The position numbers and the translations under genes were made by a program. Below, piece after piece: positions 41,001-56,600 of a stretch of 64,000 nt of DNA. Each line of letters opens with the position of its first letter. Position 1 is the first letter of the stretch. Below the pieces are notes generated by a model. That model saw only the letters and a program-made list of their open reading frames with translations, was not told the origin of the DNA and searched no databases. Origin of the DNA: Centroscyllium fabricii (Eukaryota); assembly GCA_051313645.2 (NCBI GenBank), contig JBNRSN020000194.1:124001-188000 (forward strand), read 5' to 3'.

Positions 41001-44000
41001 AATACTGAGAGCAACCGCCCCTGACTCAGAATATTCAGAGCAACCGCCCCTGAATGAGAATACTCAGAGCACTCGCCCCTGACTGAGAATACTTGGAGCA
41101 CACACCCCTGACTGAGAATACTCGGAGCACCTGCCCCTTACTTATAATACTCGGATCACCCGCCCCTGACAGAGAATACTTAGAGTACCCGCCCCTGACT
41201 GAGAATACTCAGAGCACCCGCCCCTGACTGAGAATAATGAGAGCATCCGCACCTGACTGAGAATTCTCAGAGCACCTGCCCCTGACTCAGAATACTCAGA
41301 GCAGACACCCCTGACTGAGAATACTCGGAGCACTCGCACATGACTGAGAATACTGGGACCACACACACCTGACTGAGAATACTCGGAGCACACACCCCTG
41401 ACTGAGAATACTTGGAGCATCCGCGCCTGACTGAGAATATTCAGATCACTCGCCCATGACTAATAATACTGAGAGCACCCGCCCCTGACTGAGGATACTC
41501 AGAGCACCCACCCCTGACTGAGAATACTGAGAGCACCCGCAACTGACTGTGAATACTGAGAGCACCCGCCCCTGACTGATAATACTGAGGGCACACGCCC
41601 CTGACTGAGAATACTCAGAGCACCCACCCCTGACTGAGTATACTGGGAGCACCCGCCCTGACTGAGAATACTCGGAGCACCCGCCCCTGACTTAGAATAA
41701 TCGGAGCACCAGCCCCTGACTGAGGATACTCAGAGCACCCACCCCTGACTGAGAATAATGAGATCACCCGCACCTGACTGAGAATACTGAGATCACGCGC
41801 CGCTGACTGAGAATACTCGGAGCACACACCCCTGACTGAGAATTCTCAGAGCACCTGCCCCTGACTCAGAATACTCGGAGCAGACTCACCTGACTGAGAA
41901 TACTCGGAGCACACGCCCATGACTGAGAATACTGGGACCACACACCCCTGACTGAGAATACTCGGAGCACACCCCCCTGACTGAGAATACTTGGAGCAAC
42001 CGCGCCTGACTGAGAATATTCGGATCACTCGCCTCTGACTAAGAATACTGAGAGCACTCGCCCCTGACTGAGGATACTCAGAGCACCCACCCCTGACTGA
42101 GAATACTGAGAGCACCCGCACCTGACTGTGAATACTGAGAGCACCCTCCCCTGACTGAGAATACTGAGGGAACCCACCCCTGACTGAGAATACTGAGAGC
42201 ACCTGCCCCTGACTGAGAATACTGTGAGGACCCGCCCCTGTCTGTGAATACTCGGAGCACCTGCCTCTGACTGAGAATACTCGGAGCTCCCACCCATGAC
42301 TCAGAATTCTGAGAGCACCCGACCCTGACTGAGAATAATCGGATCACCCACCCCTGACTGAGAATAATGAGAGCACCTGCCCCTGACTAAGAATACTGAG
42401 ACCACCCGGCCCTGACTGAGGATACTCAGAGCGCCACCCCTGAATGAGAATACTGAGAGCACCCGCACCTGAATGTGAATACTGAGAGCACCCGCCCCTG
42501 ACTCAGAATACTGAGGGCACCCGCCCCTGACTGAGAATACTCAGAGAACCCGCCCCTGACTGAGAATACTCAGAGCACCCGCCCCTGACTGAGTATACTG
42601 GGAGCACCCGCCCCGACTGAGAATACTCGGAGCACCCGGCCCTGACTGAGAATACTGGGAGCACCCGCCCCTGACTTAGAATAAACGGAGCACCAGCCCC
42701 TGACTGAGGATACTCAGAGCACACACCCCTGACTGAGAATAATGAGAGCACCCGCACCTAACTGAGAATACTGAGAGCACCCGCCGCTGACTGAGAATAC
42801 TCGGAGCACACACCCCTGACTGAGAATTCTCAGAGCACCTGCCTCTGAATCAGAATACTCGGAGCAGACACCCCTGACTGAGAATACTCGGAGCACTCGC
42901 CCATGACTGAGAATACTGGGACCACACACCCCTGACTGAGAATACTCGGAGCACACACCCATGACTGAGAATACCTGGAGCACCCGCGCCTGACTGAGAA
43001 TATTCGGATCACTCTCCCCTGACTATGAATACTGAGAGCACCCGCCCCTGAATGAGGATAATCAGAGCACCCACCCCTGACTGAGAATACTGAGAGCACC
43101 CGCACCTTACTGTGAATACTCAGAGCACCCACCACTGACTGGGAAAACTTGGAGTACCCGCCCCTGACTGGGAATACTCAGAGCACACGCCCCTGTCTGA
43201 GAATAATCGGGGCACTCGCCCCTGACTCAGAATACTCAGAGCACGCGCCGCTGACTGAGAATAATGAGAGCACCCGCCCCTGACCGAGTATACTGGGAGC
43301 ACCCGCCCCGACTGAGAATACTCGGAGCACCCGCCCCTGACTTAGAATACTCGGAGCACCCGCCCCAGACTTAGAATAATCGGAGCACCAGCCCCTGACT
43401 GAGGATACTCAGAGCACCCACCCCTGACTGAGAATAATGAGATCACCCGCACCTGACTGAGAATACTGAGAGCACCCGCCGCTGACTGAGAATACTCGGA
43501 GCACATACCCTTGACTGAGATTTCTTAGAGCACCTGCCCCTGACTCAGAATAATCGGAGCAGACACCACTGACTGAGAATACTCGGAGCACACGCCCATG
43601 ACTGAGAATACTGGGACCACACACCCCTGACTGAGAATACGCGGAGCACACACCCCTGACTGATAATACTTGGAGCACCCGCGCCTGACTGAGAATAATC
43701 GGATCACCCGCCCCTGACTGAGAATAATGAGAGCACCCGCCCCTGACTGTGAATACTGAGAGCACCCGCCCCTGACTGAGAATACTGAGGGAACCCGCCC
43801 CTGACTGAGAATACTGAGAGCACCCGCCCCTGACTGAGAATACTGTGAGCACCCGCCCCTGACTGTGAATACTCGGAGCACCTGCCTCTGACTGAGAATA
43901 CTCGGAGCTCCCGCCCCTGACTCAGAATACTGAGAGCACCCGACCCTGACTGAGAATAATCGGATCACCCACCCCTGACTGAGAATAATGAGAGCACACG

Positions 44001-47000
44001 CCCCTGACTAAGAATACTGAGAGCAACCGCCCCTGACTGAGAATACTCGGAGCACCCGCCCCTGACTGAGAATAGTGAGAGCACCCGCCCCTGACTGAGA
44101 ATACTGAGAGCACCCGCCCCTGACTGAGAATACTGTGAGCACCCGCCCCTGACTGTGAATACTCGGAGCACCCGCCTCTGACTGAGAATACTCGGAGCTC
44201 CCGCCCCGACTCAGAATATTGAGAGCGCCCGCCCCTGACTGAGAATAATCGGATCACCCGCCCCTGACTGAGAATAATGAGAGAACCCGCCCCTGCCTAA
44301 GAATACTGAGAGCACCCGCCCCTGACTGAGAATAATCGGATCACCCGCACCTGACTTAGAATACTCGGAGCACCCGCACCTGACTTAGAATAATCGGAGC
44401 ACCAGCCCCTGACTGAGGATACTCAGAGCACCCACCCCTGACTGAGAATAATGAGAGCACCCGCACCTGACTGAGAATAATGAGAGCACCCGCCGCTGAC
44501 TGAGAATACTCGGAGCTCCCACCCTTGACTGAGAATTCTCAGAGCACCTGCACCTGACACTGAATACTCGGAGCAGACACCCCTGACTGAGAATACTCGG
44601 AGCACTCGCCCATGACTGAGAATACTGGGACCACACACCCCTGACTGAGAATACTCGGAGCACACACCCCTGACTGAGAATACATGGAGCACAAGCGCCT
44701 GACTGAGAATATTCGGATCACTCGCCCCTGACTATGAATACTGAGAGAACCCGCCCCTGAATGAGGATAATCAGAGCACCCACCCCTGACTGAGAATACT
44801 GAGAGCACCCGCACCTGACTGTGAATAATGAGAGCACCCGCCCCTGACTGAGAATACTGAGGGCACCCGCCCCTGACTGACAATACTGAGAGCACCCGCC
44901 CCTGACTGAGAATACTGTGAGCACCCGCCCCTGACTGAGAATACTCGGAGCACCCGCCTCTGACTGAGAATACTTGGAGCTCCCGCCCCTGACTCAGAAT
45001 AGTGAGTGCACCCACCCCTGACTGAGAATAAACGAATCACCCGCCCCTGACTGAGAATAATGAGAGCACCCGCCCCTGACTAAGAATACTGAGAGCACCC
45101 GCCCCTGACTGAGAATACTCGGAGCACCCGCCCCTGACTGAGAATAGTGAGAGCACCCGCCCCTGACTGAGAATACTCGGAGTACCCACCACTGACTGAG
45201 AATACTCGGAGTACCCACCACTGACTGAGAATACTCAGAGCACTCGCACCTGACTGAAAATAGTCGGAGTACCCGCACCTGACTGAGAATACTTGGAGTA
45301 CCAGCCCCTGACTGAGAATACTCGGAGCACCTGCCCCTGACTGAGAATACTTGGAGCACCCGCACCTGACTGAGAATACTCAGAGCACTCGCCCCTGACT
45401 GAGAATACTGAGAGCACCTGCCCCTGACTGAGAATACTCAGAGCACTCGCCCCTGACTGAGAATACTCGGATCACCCACCGCTGACTGAGAATACTTGGA
45501 GCACCAAACCCTGAATGAGAATACTCGGAGCACTCGCCCATGCCTGAGAATACTGGGAGCACACACCCCTTATTGATAATACTCGGATCACACGCCCCTG
45601 ACTGAGAATACTCGGAGCACCCGCCCCTGACTGAGATTACTCGGAGAACCCACCCCTGACTGATACTACTCGGAGGACCCGCCCCTGACTGAGAATACCT
45701 GAGGCACACGGCATGACTGAGAATACTCGGAGCTCCCAGCCCTGACTGAGTATACTCGGAGCACCCGCCCCTGAATGAGAATACTCGGAGCTCCCGCCAC
45801 TGACTGAGTAAACTCGGAGCACCCGCCCCTGACTGAGAAATCTCGGAGCACACACCCCTGACTGAGAATATTGAGAGCACCCGCCCCTGACTGAGGATAC
45901 TCAGAGCACCCACCCCTGACTGAGAATACTGAGAGCCCCCGCACCTGACTGAGAACACTGAGAGCACCCGCCCCGGACTGAGAATACTGAGAGCAACCGC
46001 CCCTGACTGAAAATATTGAGAGCACCCGCCCCTGACTGAGAATATTGTGAGCACCCGCCCCTGACTGATAATACTCGGAGCACCCGCCTCTGACTGAGAA
46101 TACTCGGAGCTCCCGCCACTGACTTAGAAAACTGAGAGCACCCGCCTCTGACTGAGAATACTCGGAGCTCCCGCCCCGACTCAGAATAGTGAGAGCACCC
46201 GCCACTGACTGAGAATAATCGGATCACCCGCCCCTGACTGAGAATAATGAGAGCACCCGCCCCTGACTAAGAATACTGAGAGCACCCGCCCCTGACTGAG
46301 AATACTCGGAGCACCCGCCCCTGACTGAGAAAAGTGAGAGCACCCGCCCCTAACTGAGAATACTCGGGGTAACCACCACTGACTGAGAATACTCGGAAAA
46401 CCCACCACTGACTAACAATACTGAGAGCACCCGCCCCTGACTGCGAATACTCAGAGCACTCGCACCTGACTGAAAATACTCGGAGTACCCGCCCCTGACT
46501 GAGAATACTCAGAGTACCCGCCCCTGTCCCAGAATACTGAGAGCACCCGCCCCTGACTCAGAATACTCAGAGCACCCGCCCCTGAATGAGAATACTCAGA
46601 GCACTCGCCCCTGACTGAGAATACTTGGAGCACACACCCCTGATTGAGAATACTCGGAGCACCTGCCACTGACTTAGAATACTCGGATCACCCGCCCCTG
46701 TCTGAGAATACTCAGAGTACCCGCCCCTGACTGAGGATACTCAGAGCACCCGCCCCTGACTGAGTATACTGGGAGCACCCGCCCCTGACTGAGAATACTC
46801 AGAGCACACACCCCTGACTGAGAATTCTCAGAGCACCTGCCCCTCACTCAGAATACTCGGAGCAGACACCCCTGACTGAGAATACTCGGAGCACTCGCCC
46901 ATGACTGAGAATACTGGGACCACACACCCCTGACTGAGAATACTCGGAGCACACACCCCTGACTGAGAATTCTCAAAGCACCTGCCCCTGACACAGAATA

Positions 47001-50000
47001 CTCGGAGCTGACACCCCTGACTGAGAATACTCGGAGCACTCGCCCATGACTGAGAATACTGGGACCACACACCCCTGACTGAGAATACTCGGAGCACACA
47101 CCCCTGACTGAGAATACTTGGAGCACCCGCGCCTGACTGAGAATATTCGGATCACTCGCCCCTGAATAAGAATACTGAGAGCACCCGCCCCTGACTGAGG
47201 ATACTCAGAGCACCCACCCCAGTCTGACAATACTGAGAGCACCCGCACCTGACTGTGAATACTGAGAGCACCCGCCCCTGTCTGAGAATACTGAGTGCAC
47301 CCGCCCCTGACTGAGAATACTGAGAGCACCCGCCCCTGACTGAGAATATTGTGAGCACCCGCCCCTGACTGTGAATACTCGGATCACCTGCCTCTGACTG
47401 AGAATACTCGGAGCTCCCGCCCCTGACTCAGAATACTGAGAGCACCCGCACCTGACTGAGAATAATCGGATCACCCGCCCCTGACTGAGAATAATGAGAG
47501 CACCCGCCCCTGACTAAGAATACTGAGAGCACCCGCCCCTGACTGAGAATACTCGGAGCACCCGCCCCTGACTGAGAATAGTGAGAGCACCCATCCCTGA
47601 CTGAGAATACTCGGAGTAACCACCACTGACTGAGAATACTCGGAGTACCCACCAATAACTGAGAATAATCAGAGCACTCGCCCCTGACTCAGAATACTCA
47701 GAGCACCAGCCCCTGAATGAGAATACTCAGAGCACTCGCCCCTGACTGAGAATACTTGGAGCACACACCCCTGACTGAGAATACTCGGAGCACCTGCCCC
47801 TGACTTAGAATACTCGGATCACCCGCCCCTGACTGAGAATACTCAGAGTTCCCTGCCCTGACTGAGAATAATCAGAGCACCCGCCCCTGACTGAGTATAC
47901 TCGGAGCACCCGCCCCTGACTGAGAATACTCGGAGCACCCGGCCCTGACTGAGAATACTCGGAGCACCCGCACCTGACTTAGAATAATCGGAGCACCAGC
48001 CCCTGACTGAGGATACTCAGAGCACCCACCCCTGACTGAGAATAATGAGAGCACCCGCACCTGACTGAGAATAATGAGAGCACCCGCCGCTGACTGAGAA
48101 TATTCGGAGCACACACCCCTGACTGAGAATTCTCAGAGCACCTGCCCCTGACTCAGAATACTCGGAGCAGACACCCCTGACTGAGAATACTCGGAGCACT
48201 CGCTCCTGACAGAGAATACTCGGAGCACCCGCCGCTGACTTAGAATAATTGGAGCACACGCCCCTGACTGAGAATACTCGGAGCACCCGCCCCTGACTGA
48301 TACTACTCGGGGCACCCGCCCCTGACTGAGAATACCTGTTGCACCCGGCGTGACTGAGAATATTCGGAGCTCCCAACCCTGACTGAGTATAGTCGGAGCA
48401 CCCGCCCCTGACTGAGAATACTCAGAGCTCCCGCCCCTGACTGAGTATACTCGGAGCACCCGCCCCTGACTGAGAATACTCGGAGCACACACCCCTGACT
48501 GAGAATATTTGGAGCACCCGACCCTGACTGAGAATATTCGGAGCACTCGCCCCTGACTAAGAATATTGAGAGCGCCCGCCCCTGACTGAGGATACTCCGA
48601 GCACCCACCCCTGACTGAGAATACTGAGAGCACCCGCACCTGACTGAGAATACTGGGAGCACCCGCCCCAGACTTAGAATACTCAGAGCACAAGCCCCTG
48701 ACTGTGAATACTCAGAGCTCACACACCTGACTGAGAATACTCGGGTCACCCGCATCTGAATGAGAATACTTGGTGCACCCGCCCCTGACTGAGAATATTG
48801 AGGTCACCCGCACCTGACTGTGAATAGTAAAGAGCACCCGCCCCTTAATGAGAATACTCAGATCACCCGCCCCTGACTGAGAATACTCAGATAACCCGCC
48901 CATGACTGAGAATACTTGGAGTAACGACCCCTGACTGAGAATACTCGGAGCACTCGCCTCTGACTGACAATACTCGGAGCACTCGCCCCTGAATGAAAAT
49001 GTTCGGAGCACCCGCCCCTGACTGGGAATATTCGGAGCACACACCCCTGACTGGGAATACTCGGAGTACCTGCCCCTGACTCAGAATACTGAGAGCACCC
49101 GCCCCTGACTGAAAATACTTGGAGCACCCGCACCTGACTGAGAATACTCAGAGCACTTGCCCCTGACTGAGAATACTGTTTGCACCCACCCCTGACTGAG
49201 AATACTCAGAGCACTCACCTCTGACTGAGAATAATCGGAGCACTCGACCCTGACTGAGGATACTCGGAGTACCCGCCCCTGACCCAGAAAACTGAGAGCA
49301 CCCGCCCCTGACATAGAATACTCATAGCACCCGCCCCTGAATGAGAATACTCAGATCACTCGCCCCTGACTGAGAATACTTGGAGCACACGCCCCTGACT
49401 GAGAATACTCGGAGCACATGCCCCTGACTGATACTACTCGGAGCACACGCCCCTGACTGAGAATACCTGTTGCACCCGGCGTGACTGAGAATATTCGGAG
49501 CTCCCAACCCTGACTGAGTATACTCGGAGCACCCGCACCTGACAGAGAATACTCAGAGCTCCCGCCCCTGACTGAGTATACTCGGAGCACGCGCCCCTGA
49601 CTGAGAATACTCGGAGCACACACCCCTGACTGAGAATATTTGGAGCACCCGCCCCTGACTGAGAATATTCGGAGCACTCGCCTCAGACTAAGAATACTGA
49701 GAGCACCTGCCCCTGACTGAGGATACTCCGAGCACCCACCCCTGACTGAGAATACTGAAAGCACCCGCACCTGACTGAGAATACTGGGAGCACCCGCCCC
49801 TGACTTAGAATACACAGTGCACACGCCCCTGACTGTGAATACTCAGAGAACACACTCCTAACTGAGAATACTCGGGTCACCCGCATCTGAATGAGAATAC
49901 TTGGTTCACCCGCCCCAGACTGAGAATATTGAGGTCACCTGCACCTGACTGAGAATAGTAAAGAGCACCCGCCCCTTAATGAGAATACTCAGAGCACCCG

Positions 50001-53000
50001 CCCCTGACTGAGAATACTCGGAGCACTCGCCTCTGACTGAGAATACTCGGAGCACTCGCCCCTGATTGAAAATGTTCGGAGCACCCGCCCCTGACTGAGA
50101 ATACTCGGAGCACACACCCCTGACTGAGAATACTCGGAGTACCTGCCACTGACTCAGAATACTGAGAGCACCCGCACCTGACTGAAAATACTTGGAGAAA
50201 CCGCACCTGACTGAGAATACTCAGAGCACTTGCCCCTGACAGAGAATACTGTTTGCACCCACCCCTGACTGAGAATAGTCAGAGCACTCGCCTCTGTCTG
50301 AGAATAATCGGAGCACTCGACCCTGACTGAGGATACTCGGAGTACCCGCCCCTGACCCAGAATACTGAGAGCAACCGCCCCTGACTCAGAATATTCAGAG
50401 CAACCGCCCCTGAATGAGAATACTCAGAGCACTCGCCCCTGACTGAGAATACTTGGAGCACACACCCCTGACTGAGAATACTCGGAGCACCTGCCCCTTA
50501 CTTAGAATACTCGGATCACCCGCCCCTGACAGAGAATACTTAGAGTACCCGCCCCTGACTGAGAATACTCAGAGCACCCGCCCCTGACTGAGAATAATGA
50601 GAGCATCCGCACCTGACTGAGAATTCTCAGAGCACCTGCCCCTGACTCAGAATACTCAGAGCAGACACCCCTGACTGAGAATACTCGGAGCACTCGCCCA
50701 TGACTGAGAATACTGCGACCACACACCCCTGACTGAGAATACTCGGAGCACACACCCCTGACTGAGAATACTTGGAGCATCCGCGCCTGACTTAGAATAT
50801 TCGGATCACTCGCCCATGACTAATAATACTGAGAGCACCCGCCCCTGACTGAGGATACTCACAGCACCCACCCCTGACTGAGAATACTGAGAGCACCCGC
50901 ACCTGACTGTGAATACTGAGAGCACCCGCCCCTGACTCAGAATACTGAGGGCACACGCCCCTGACTGAGAATACTCAGAGCACCCACCCCTGACTGAGTA
51001 TACTGGGAGCACCCGCCCTGACTGAGAATACTCGGAGCACCCGCCCCTGACTTAGAATAATCGGAGCACCAGCCCCTGACTGAGGATACTCAGAGCACCC
51101 ACCCCAGACTGAGAATAATGAGATCACCCGCACCTGACTGAGAATACTGAGATCACCCGCCGCTGACTGAGAATACTCGGAGCACACACCCCTGACTGAG
51201 AATTCTCAGAGCACCTGCCCCTGACTCAGAATACTCGGAGCAGACTCACCTGACTGAGAATACTCGGAGCACACGCCCATGACTGAGAATACTGGGACCA
51301 CACACCCCTGACTGAGAATACTCGGAGCACACCCCCCTGACTGAGAATACTTGGAGCAACCGCGCCTGACTGAGAATATTCAGATCACTTGCCTCTGACT
51401 AAGAATACTGAGAGCACTCGCCCCTGACTGAGGATACTCAGAGCACCCACCCCTGACTGAGAATACTGAGAGCACCCGCACCTGACTGTGAATACTGAGA
51501 GCACCCTCCCCTGACTGATAATACTGAGGGAACCCACCCCTGACTGAGAATACTGAGAGCACCTGCCCCTGACTGAGAATACTGTGAGGTCCCGCCCCTG
51601 TCTGTGAATACTCGGAGCACCTGCCTCTGACTGAGAATACTCGGAGCTCCCGCCCATGACTCAGAATACTGAGAGCACCCGACCCTGACTGAGAATAATC
51701 GGATCACCCACCCCTGACTGAGAATAATGAGAGCACCTGCCCCTGACTAAGAATACTGAGAGCACCCGGCCCTGACTGAGGATACTCAGAGCGCCACCCC
51801 TGAATGAGAATACTGAGAGCACCCGCACCTGAATGTGAATACTGAGAGCACCCGCACCTGACTCAGAATACTGAGGGCACCCGCCCCTGACTGAGAATAC
51901 TCAGAGTACCCGCCCCTGACTGAGAATACTCAGAGCACCCGCCCCTGACTGAGTATACTGGGAGCACCCGCCCCGACTGAGAATACTCGGAGCACCCGGC
52001 CCTGACTGAGAATACTGGGAGCACCCGCCCCTGACTTAGAATAATCGGAGCACCAGCCCCTGACTGAGGATACTCAGAGCACACACCCCTGACTGAGAAT
52101 AATGAGAGCACCCGCACCTAACTGAGAATACTGAGAGCACCCGCCGCTGACTGAGAATACTCGGAGCACACACCCCTGACTGAGAATTCTCAGAGCACCT
52201 GCCTCTGAATCAGAATACTCGGAGCAGACACCCCTGACTGAGAATACTCGGAGCACTCGCCCATGACTGAGAATACTGGGACCACACACCCCTGACTGAG
52301 AATACTCGGAGCACACACCCATGACTGAGAATACTTGGAGCACCCGCACCTGACTGAGAATATTCGGATCACTCTCCCCTGACTATGAATACTGAGAGCA
52401 CCCGCCCCTGAATGAGGATAATCAGAGCACCCACCCCTGACTGAGAATACTGAGAGCACCCGCACCTGACTGTGAATACTCAGAGCACCCACCACTGACT
52501 GGGAAAACTTGGAGTATCTGCCCCTGACTGGGAATAATCAGAGCACACGCCCCTGTCTGAGAATAATCGGGGCACTCGCCCCTGACTCAGAATACTCAGA
52601 GCACGCGCCGCTGACTGAGAATAATGAGAGCACCCGCCCCTGACCGAGTATACTGGGAGCACCCACCCCGACTGAGAATACTCGGAGCACCCGCCCCTGA
52701 CTTAGAATACTCGGAGCACCCGCCCCAGACTTAGAATAATCGGAGCACCAGCCCCTGACTGAGGATACTCAGAGCACCCACCCCTGACTGAGAATAATGA
52801 GATCACCCGCACCTGACTGAGAATACTGAGAGCACCCTGCCGCTGACTGAGAATACTCGGAGCACATACCCCTGACTGAGATTTCTTAGAGCACCTGCCC
52901 CTGACTCAGAATAATCGGAGCAGACACCACTGACTGAGAATACTCGGAGCACACGCCCATGACTGAGAATACTGGGACCACACACCCCTGACTGAGAATA

Positions 53001-53680
53001 CTCGGAACACACACCCCTGACTGATAATACATGGAGCACCCGCGCCTGACTGAGAATATTCGGATCACTCGCCTCTGACTAAGAATACTGAGAGCACCCG
53101 CACCTGACTGTGAATACTGAGAGCACCCGCCCCTGACTGAGAATACTGAGGGAAACCGCCCCTGACTGAGAATACTGAGAGCACCCGCCCCTGACTGAGA
53201 ATACTGTGAGCACCCGCCCCTGACTGTGAATACTCGGAGCACCTGCCTCTGACTGAGAATACTCGGAGCTCCCGCCCCTGACTCAGAATACTGAGAGCAC
53301 CCGACCCTGACTGAGAATAATCGGATCACCCACCCCTGACTGAGAATAATGAGAGCACCCGCCCCTGACTAAGAATACTGAGAGCACCCGCCCCTGACTG
53401 AGAATACTCGGAGCACCCGCCCCTGACTGAGAATAGTGAGAGCACCCGCCCCTGACTGAGAATACTGAGAGCACCCGCCCCTGACTGAGAATACTGTGAG
53501 CACCCGCCCCTGACTGTGAATACTCGGAGCACCCGCCTCTGACTGAGAATACTCGGAGCTCCCGCCCCGACTCAGAATAGTGAGAGCGCCCGCCCCTGAC
53601 TGAGAATAATCGGATCACCCGCCCCTGACTGAGAATAATGAGAGCACCCGCCCCTGACTAAGAATACTGAGAGCACCCGC
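37300..53680. repeat. Large duplication: about 37.3-44.3 kb recurs at about 46.8-53.7 kb (offset 9331-9505 bp)
   Basis: ORF pairs 37343/46848 (9505), 38454/47872 (9418), 39527/48858 (9331), 40919/50279 and 42503/51863 (9360), 43922/53283 (9361). Confidence 0.9.
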
Positions 53681-56600
53681 CCCTGACTGAGAATACTCGG
53701 AGCACCCGCCCCTGACTGAGAATACTCAGAGTACCCGCCCCTGTCCCAGAATACTGAGAGCACCCGCCTCTGACTCAGAATAGTCAGAGCACCCGCCCCT
53801 GAATGAGAATACTCAGAGCACTCACCCCTGACTGAGAACACTTGGACCACACACCCCTGATTGAGAATACTCGGAGCACCTGCCACTGACTTAGAATACT
53901 CGGATCACCCGCCCCTGACTGAGAATACTCAGAGTACCCGCCCCTGACTGAGAATACTCAGAGCACCCGCCCCTGACTGAGTATACTGGGAGCACCCGCC
54001 CCTGACTGAGAATACTCGGAGCACCCGGCCCTGACTGATAATACTCGGAGCACCCGCACCTGACTTAGAATAATCGGAGCACCAGCCCCTGACTGAGGGT
54101 ACTCAGAGCACCCACCCCTGACTGAGAATAATGAGAGCACCCGCACCTGACTGAGAATAATGAGAGCACCCGCCGCTGACTGAGAATACTCGGAGCACAC
54201 ACCCCTGACTGAGAATTCTCAGAGCACCTGCACCTGACTCTGAATACTCGGAGCAGACACCCCTGACTGAGAATACTCGGAGCACTCGCCGATGACTGAG
54301 AATACTGGGACCACACACCCCTGACTGAGAATACTCGGAGCACACAACCCTGACTGAGAATACTTGGAGCACCCGCGCCTGACTGAGAATATTCGGATCA
54401 CTCGCCCCTGACTATGAATACTGAGAGAACCCGCACCTGAATGAGGATAATCAGAGCACCCACCCCTGACTGAGAATACTGAGAGCACCCGCACCTGACT
54501 GTGAATAATGAGAGCACCCGCCCCTGACTGAGAATACTGAGGGCACCCGCCCCTGACTGACAATACTGAGAGCCCCCGCCCCTGACTGAGAATATTCGGA
54601 GCACTCGCCCCAGACTAAGAATACTGAGAGCACCTGCCCCTGACTGAGGATACTCCGAGCACCCACCCCTGACTGAGAATACTGAAAGCACCCGCACCTG
54701 ACTGAGAATACTGGGAGCACCCACCCCTGACTTAGAATACACAGTGCACACGCCCCTGACTGTGAATACTCAGAGAACACACTCCTAACTGAGAATACTC
54801 GGGTCACCCGCATCAGAATGAGAATACTTGGTTCACCCGCCCCAGACTGAGAATATTGAGGTCACCTGCACCTGACTGAGAATAGTAAAGAGCACCCGCC
54901 CCTTAATGAGAATACTCAGAGCACCCGCCCCTGACTGAGAATACTCGGAGCACTCGCCTCTGACTGAGAATACTCGGAGCACTCGCCCCTGATTGAAAAT
55001 GTTCGGAGCACCCGCCCCTGACTGAGAATACTCGGAGCACACACCCCTGACTGAGAATACTCGGAGTACCTGCCCCTGACTCAGAATACTGAGAGCACCC
55101 GCACCTGACTGAAAATACTTGGAGAAACCGCACCTGACTGAGAATACTCAGAGCACTTGCCCCTGACAGAGAATACTGTTTGCACCCACCCCTGACTGAG
55201 AATAGTCAGAGCACTCGCCTCTGTCTGAGAATAATCGGAGCACTCGACCCTGACTGAGGATACTCGGAGTACCCGCCCCTGACCCAGAATACTGAGAGCA
55301 ACCGCCCCTGACTCAGAATATTCAGAGCAACCGCCCCTGAATGAGAATACTCAGAGCACTCGCCCCTGACTGAGAATACTTGGAGCACACACCCCTGACT
55401 GAGAATACTCGGAGCACCTGCCCCTTACTTAGAATACTCGGATCACCCGCCCCTGACAGAGAATACTTAGAGTACCCGCCCCTGACTGAGAATACTCAGA
55501 GCACCCGCCCCTGACTGAGAATAATGAGAGCATCCGCACCTGACTGAGAATTCTCAGAGCACCTGCCCCTGACTCAGAATACTCAGAGCAGACACCCCTG
55601 ACTGAGAATACTCGGAGCACTCGCCCATGACTGAGAATACTGCGACCACACACCCCTGACTGAGAATACTTGGAGCACACACCACTGACTGAGAATACTT
55701 GGAGCATCCGCGCCTGACTGAGAATATTCGGATCACTCGCCCATGACTAATAAAACTGAGAGCACCCGCCCCTGACTGAGGATACTCAGAGCACCCACCC
55801 CTGACTGAGAATACTGAGAGCACCCGCACCTGACTGTGAATACTGAGAGCACCCGCCCCTGACTCAGAATACTGAGGGCACACGCCCCTGACTGAGAATA
55901 CTCAGAGCACCCACCCCTGACTGAGTATACTGGGAGCACCCGCCCTGACTGAGAATACTCGGAGCACCCGCCCCTGACTTAGAATAATCGGAGCACCAGC
56001 CCCTGACTGAGGATACTCAGAGCACCCACCCCAGACTGAGAATAATGAGATCACCCGCACCTGACTGAGAATACTGAGATCACCCGCCGCTGACTGAGAA
56101 TACTCGGAGCACACACCCCTGACTGAGAATTCTCAGAGCACCTGCCCCTGACTCAGAATACTCGGAGCAGACTCACCTGACTGAGAATACTCGGAGCACA
56201 CGCCCATGACTGAGAATACTGGGACCACACACCCCTGACTGAGAATACTCGGAGCACACCCCCCTGACTGAGAATACTTGGAGCAACCGCGCCTGACTGA
56301 GAATATTCGGATCACTTGCCTCTGACTAAGAATACTGAGAGCACTCGCCCCTGACTGAGGATACTCAGAGCACCCACCCCTGACTGAGAATACTGAGAGC
56401 ACCCGCACCTGACTGTGAATACTGAGAGCACCCTCCCCTGACTGATAATACTGAGGGAACCAACCCCTGACTGAGAATACTGAGAGCACCTGCCCCTGAC
56501 TGAGAATACTGTGAGGACCCGCCCCTGTCTGTGAATACTCGGAGCACCTGCCTCTGACTGAGAATACTCGGAGCTCCCGCCCATGACTCAGAATACTGAG

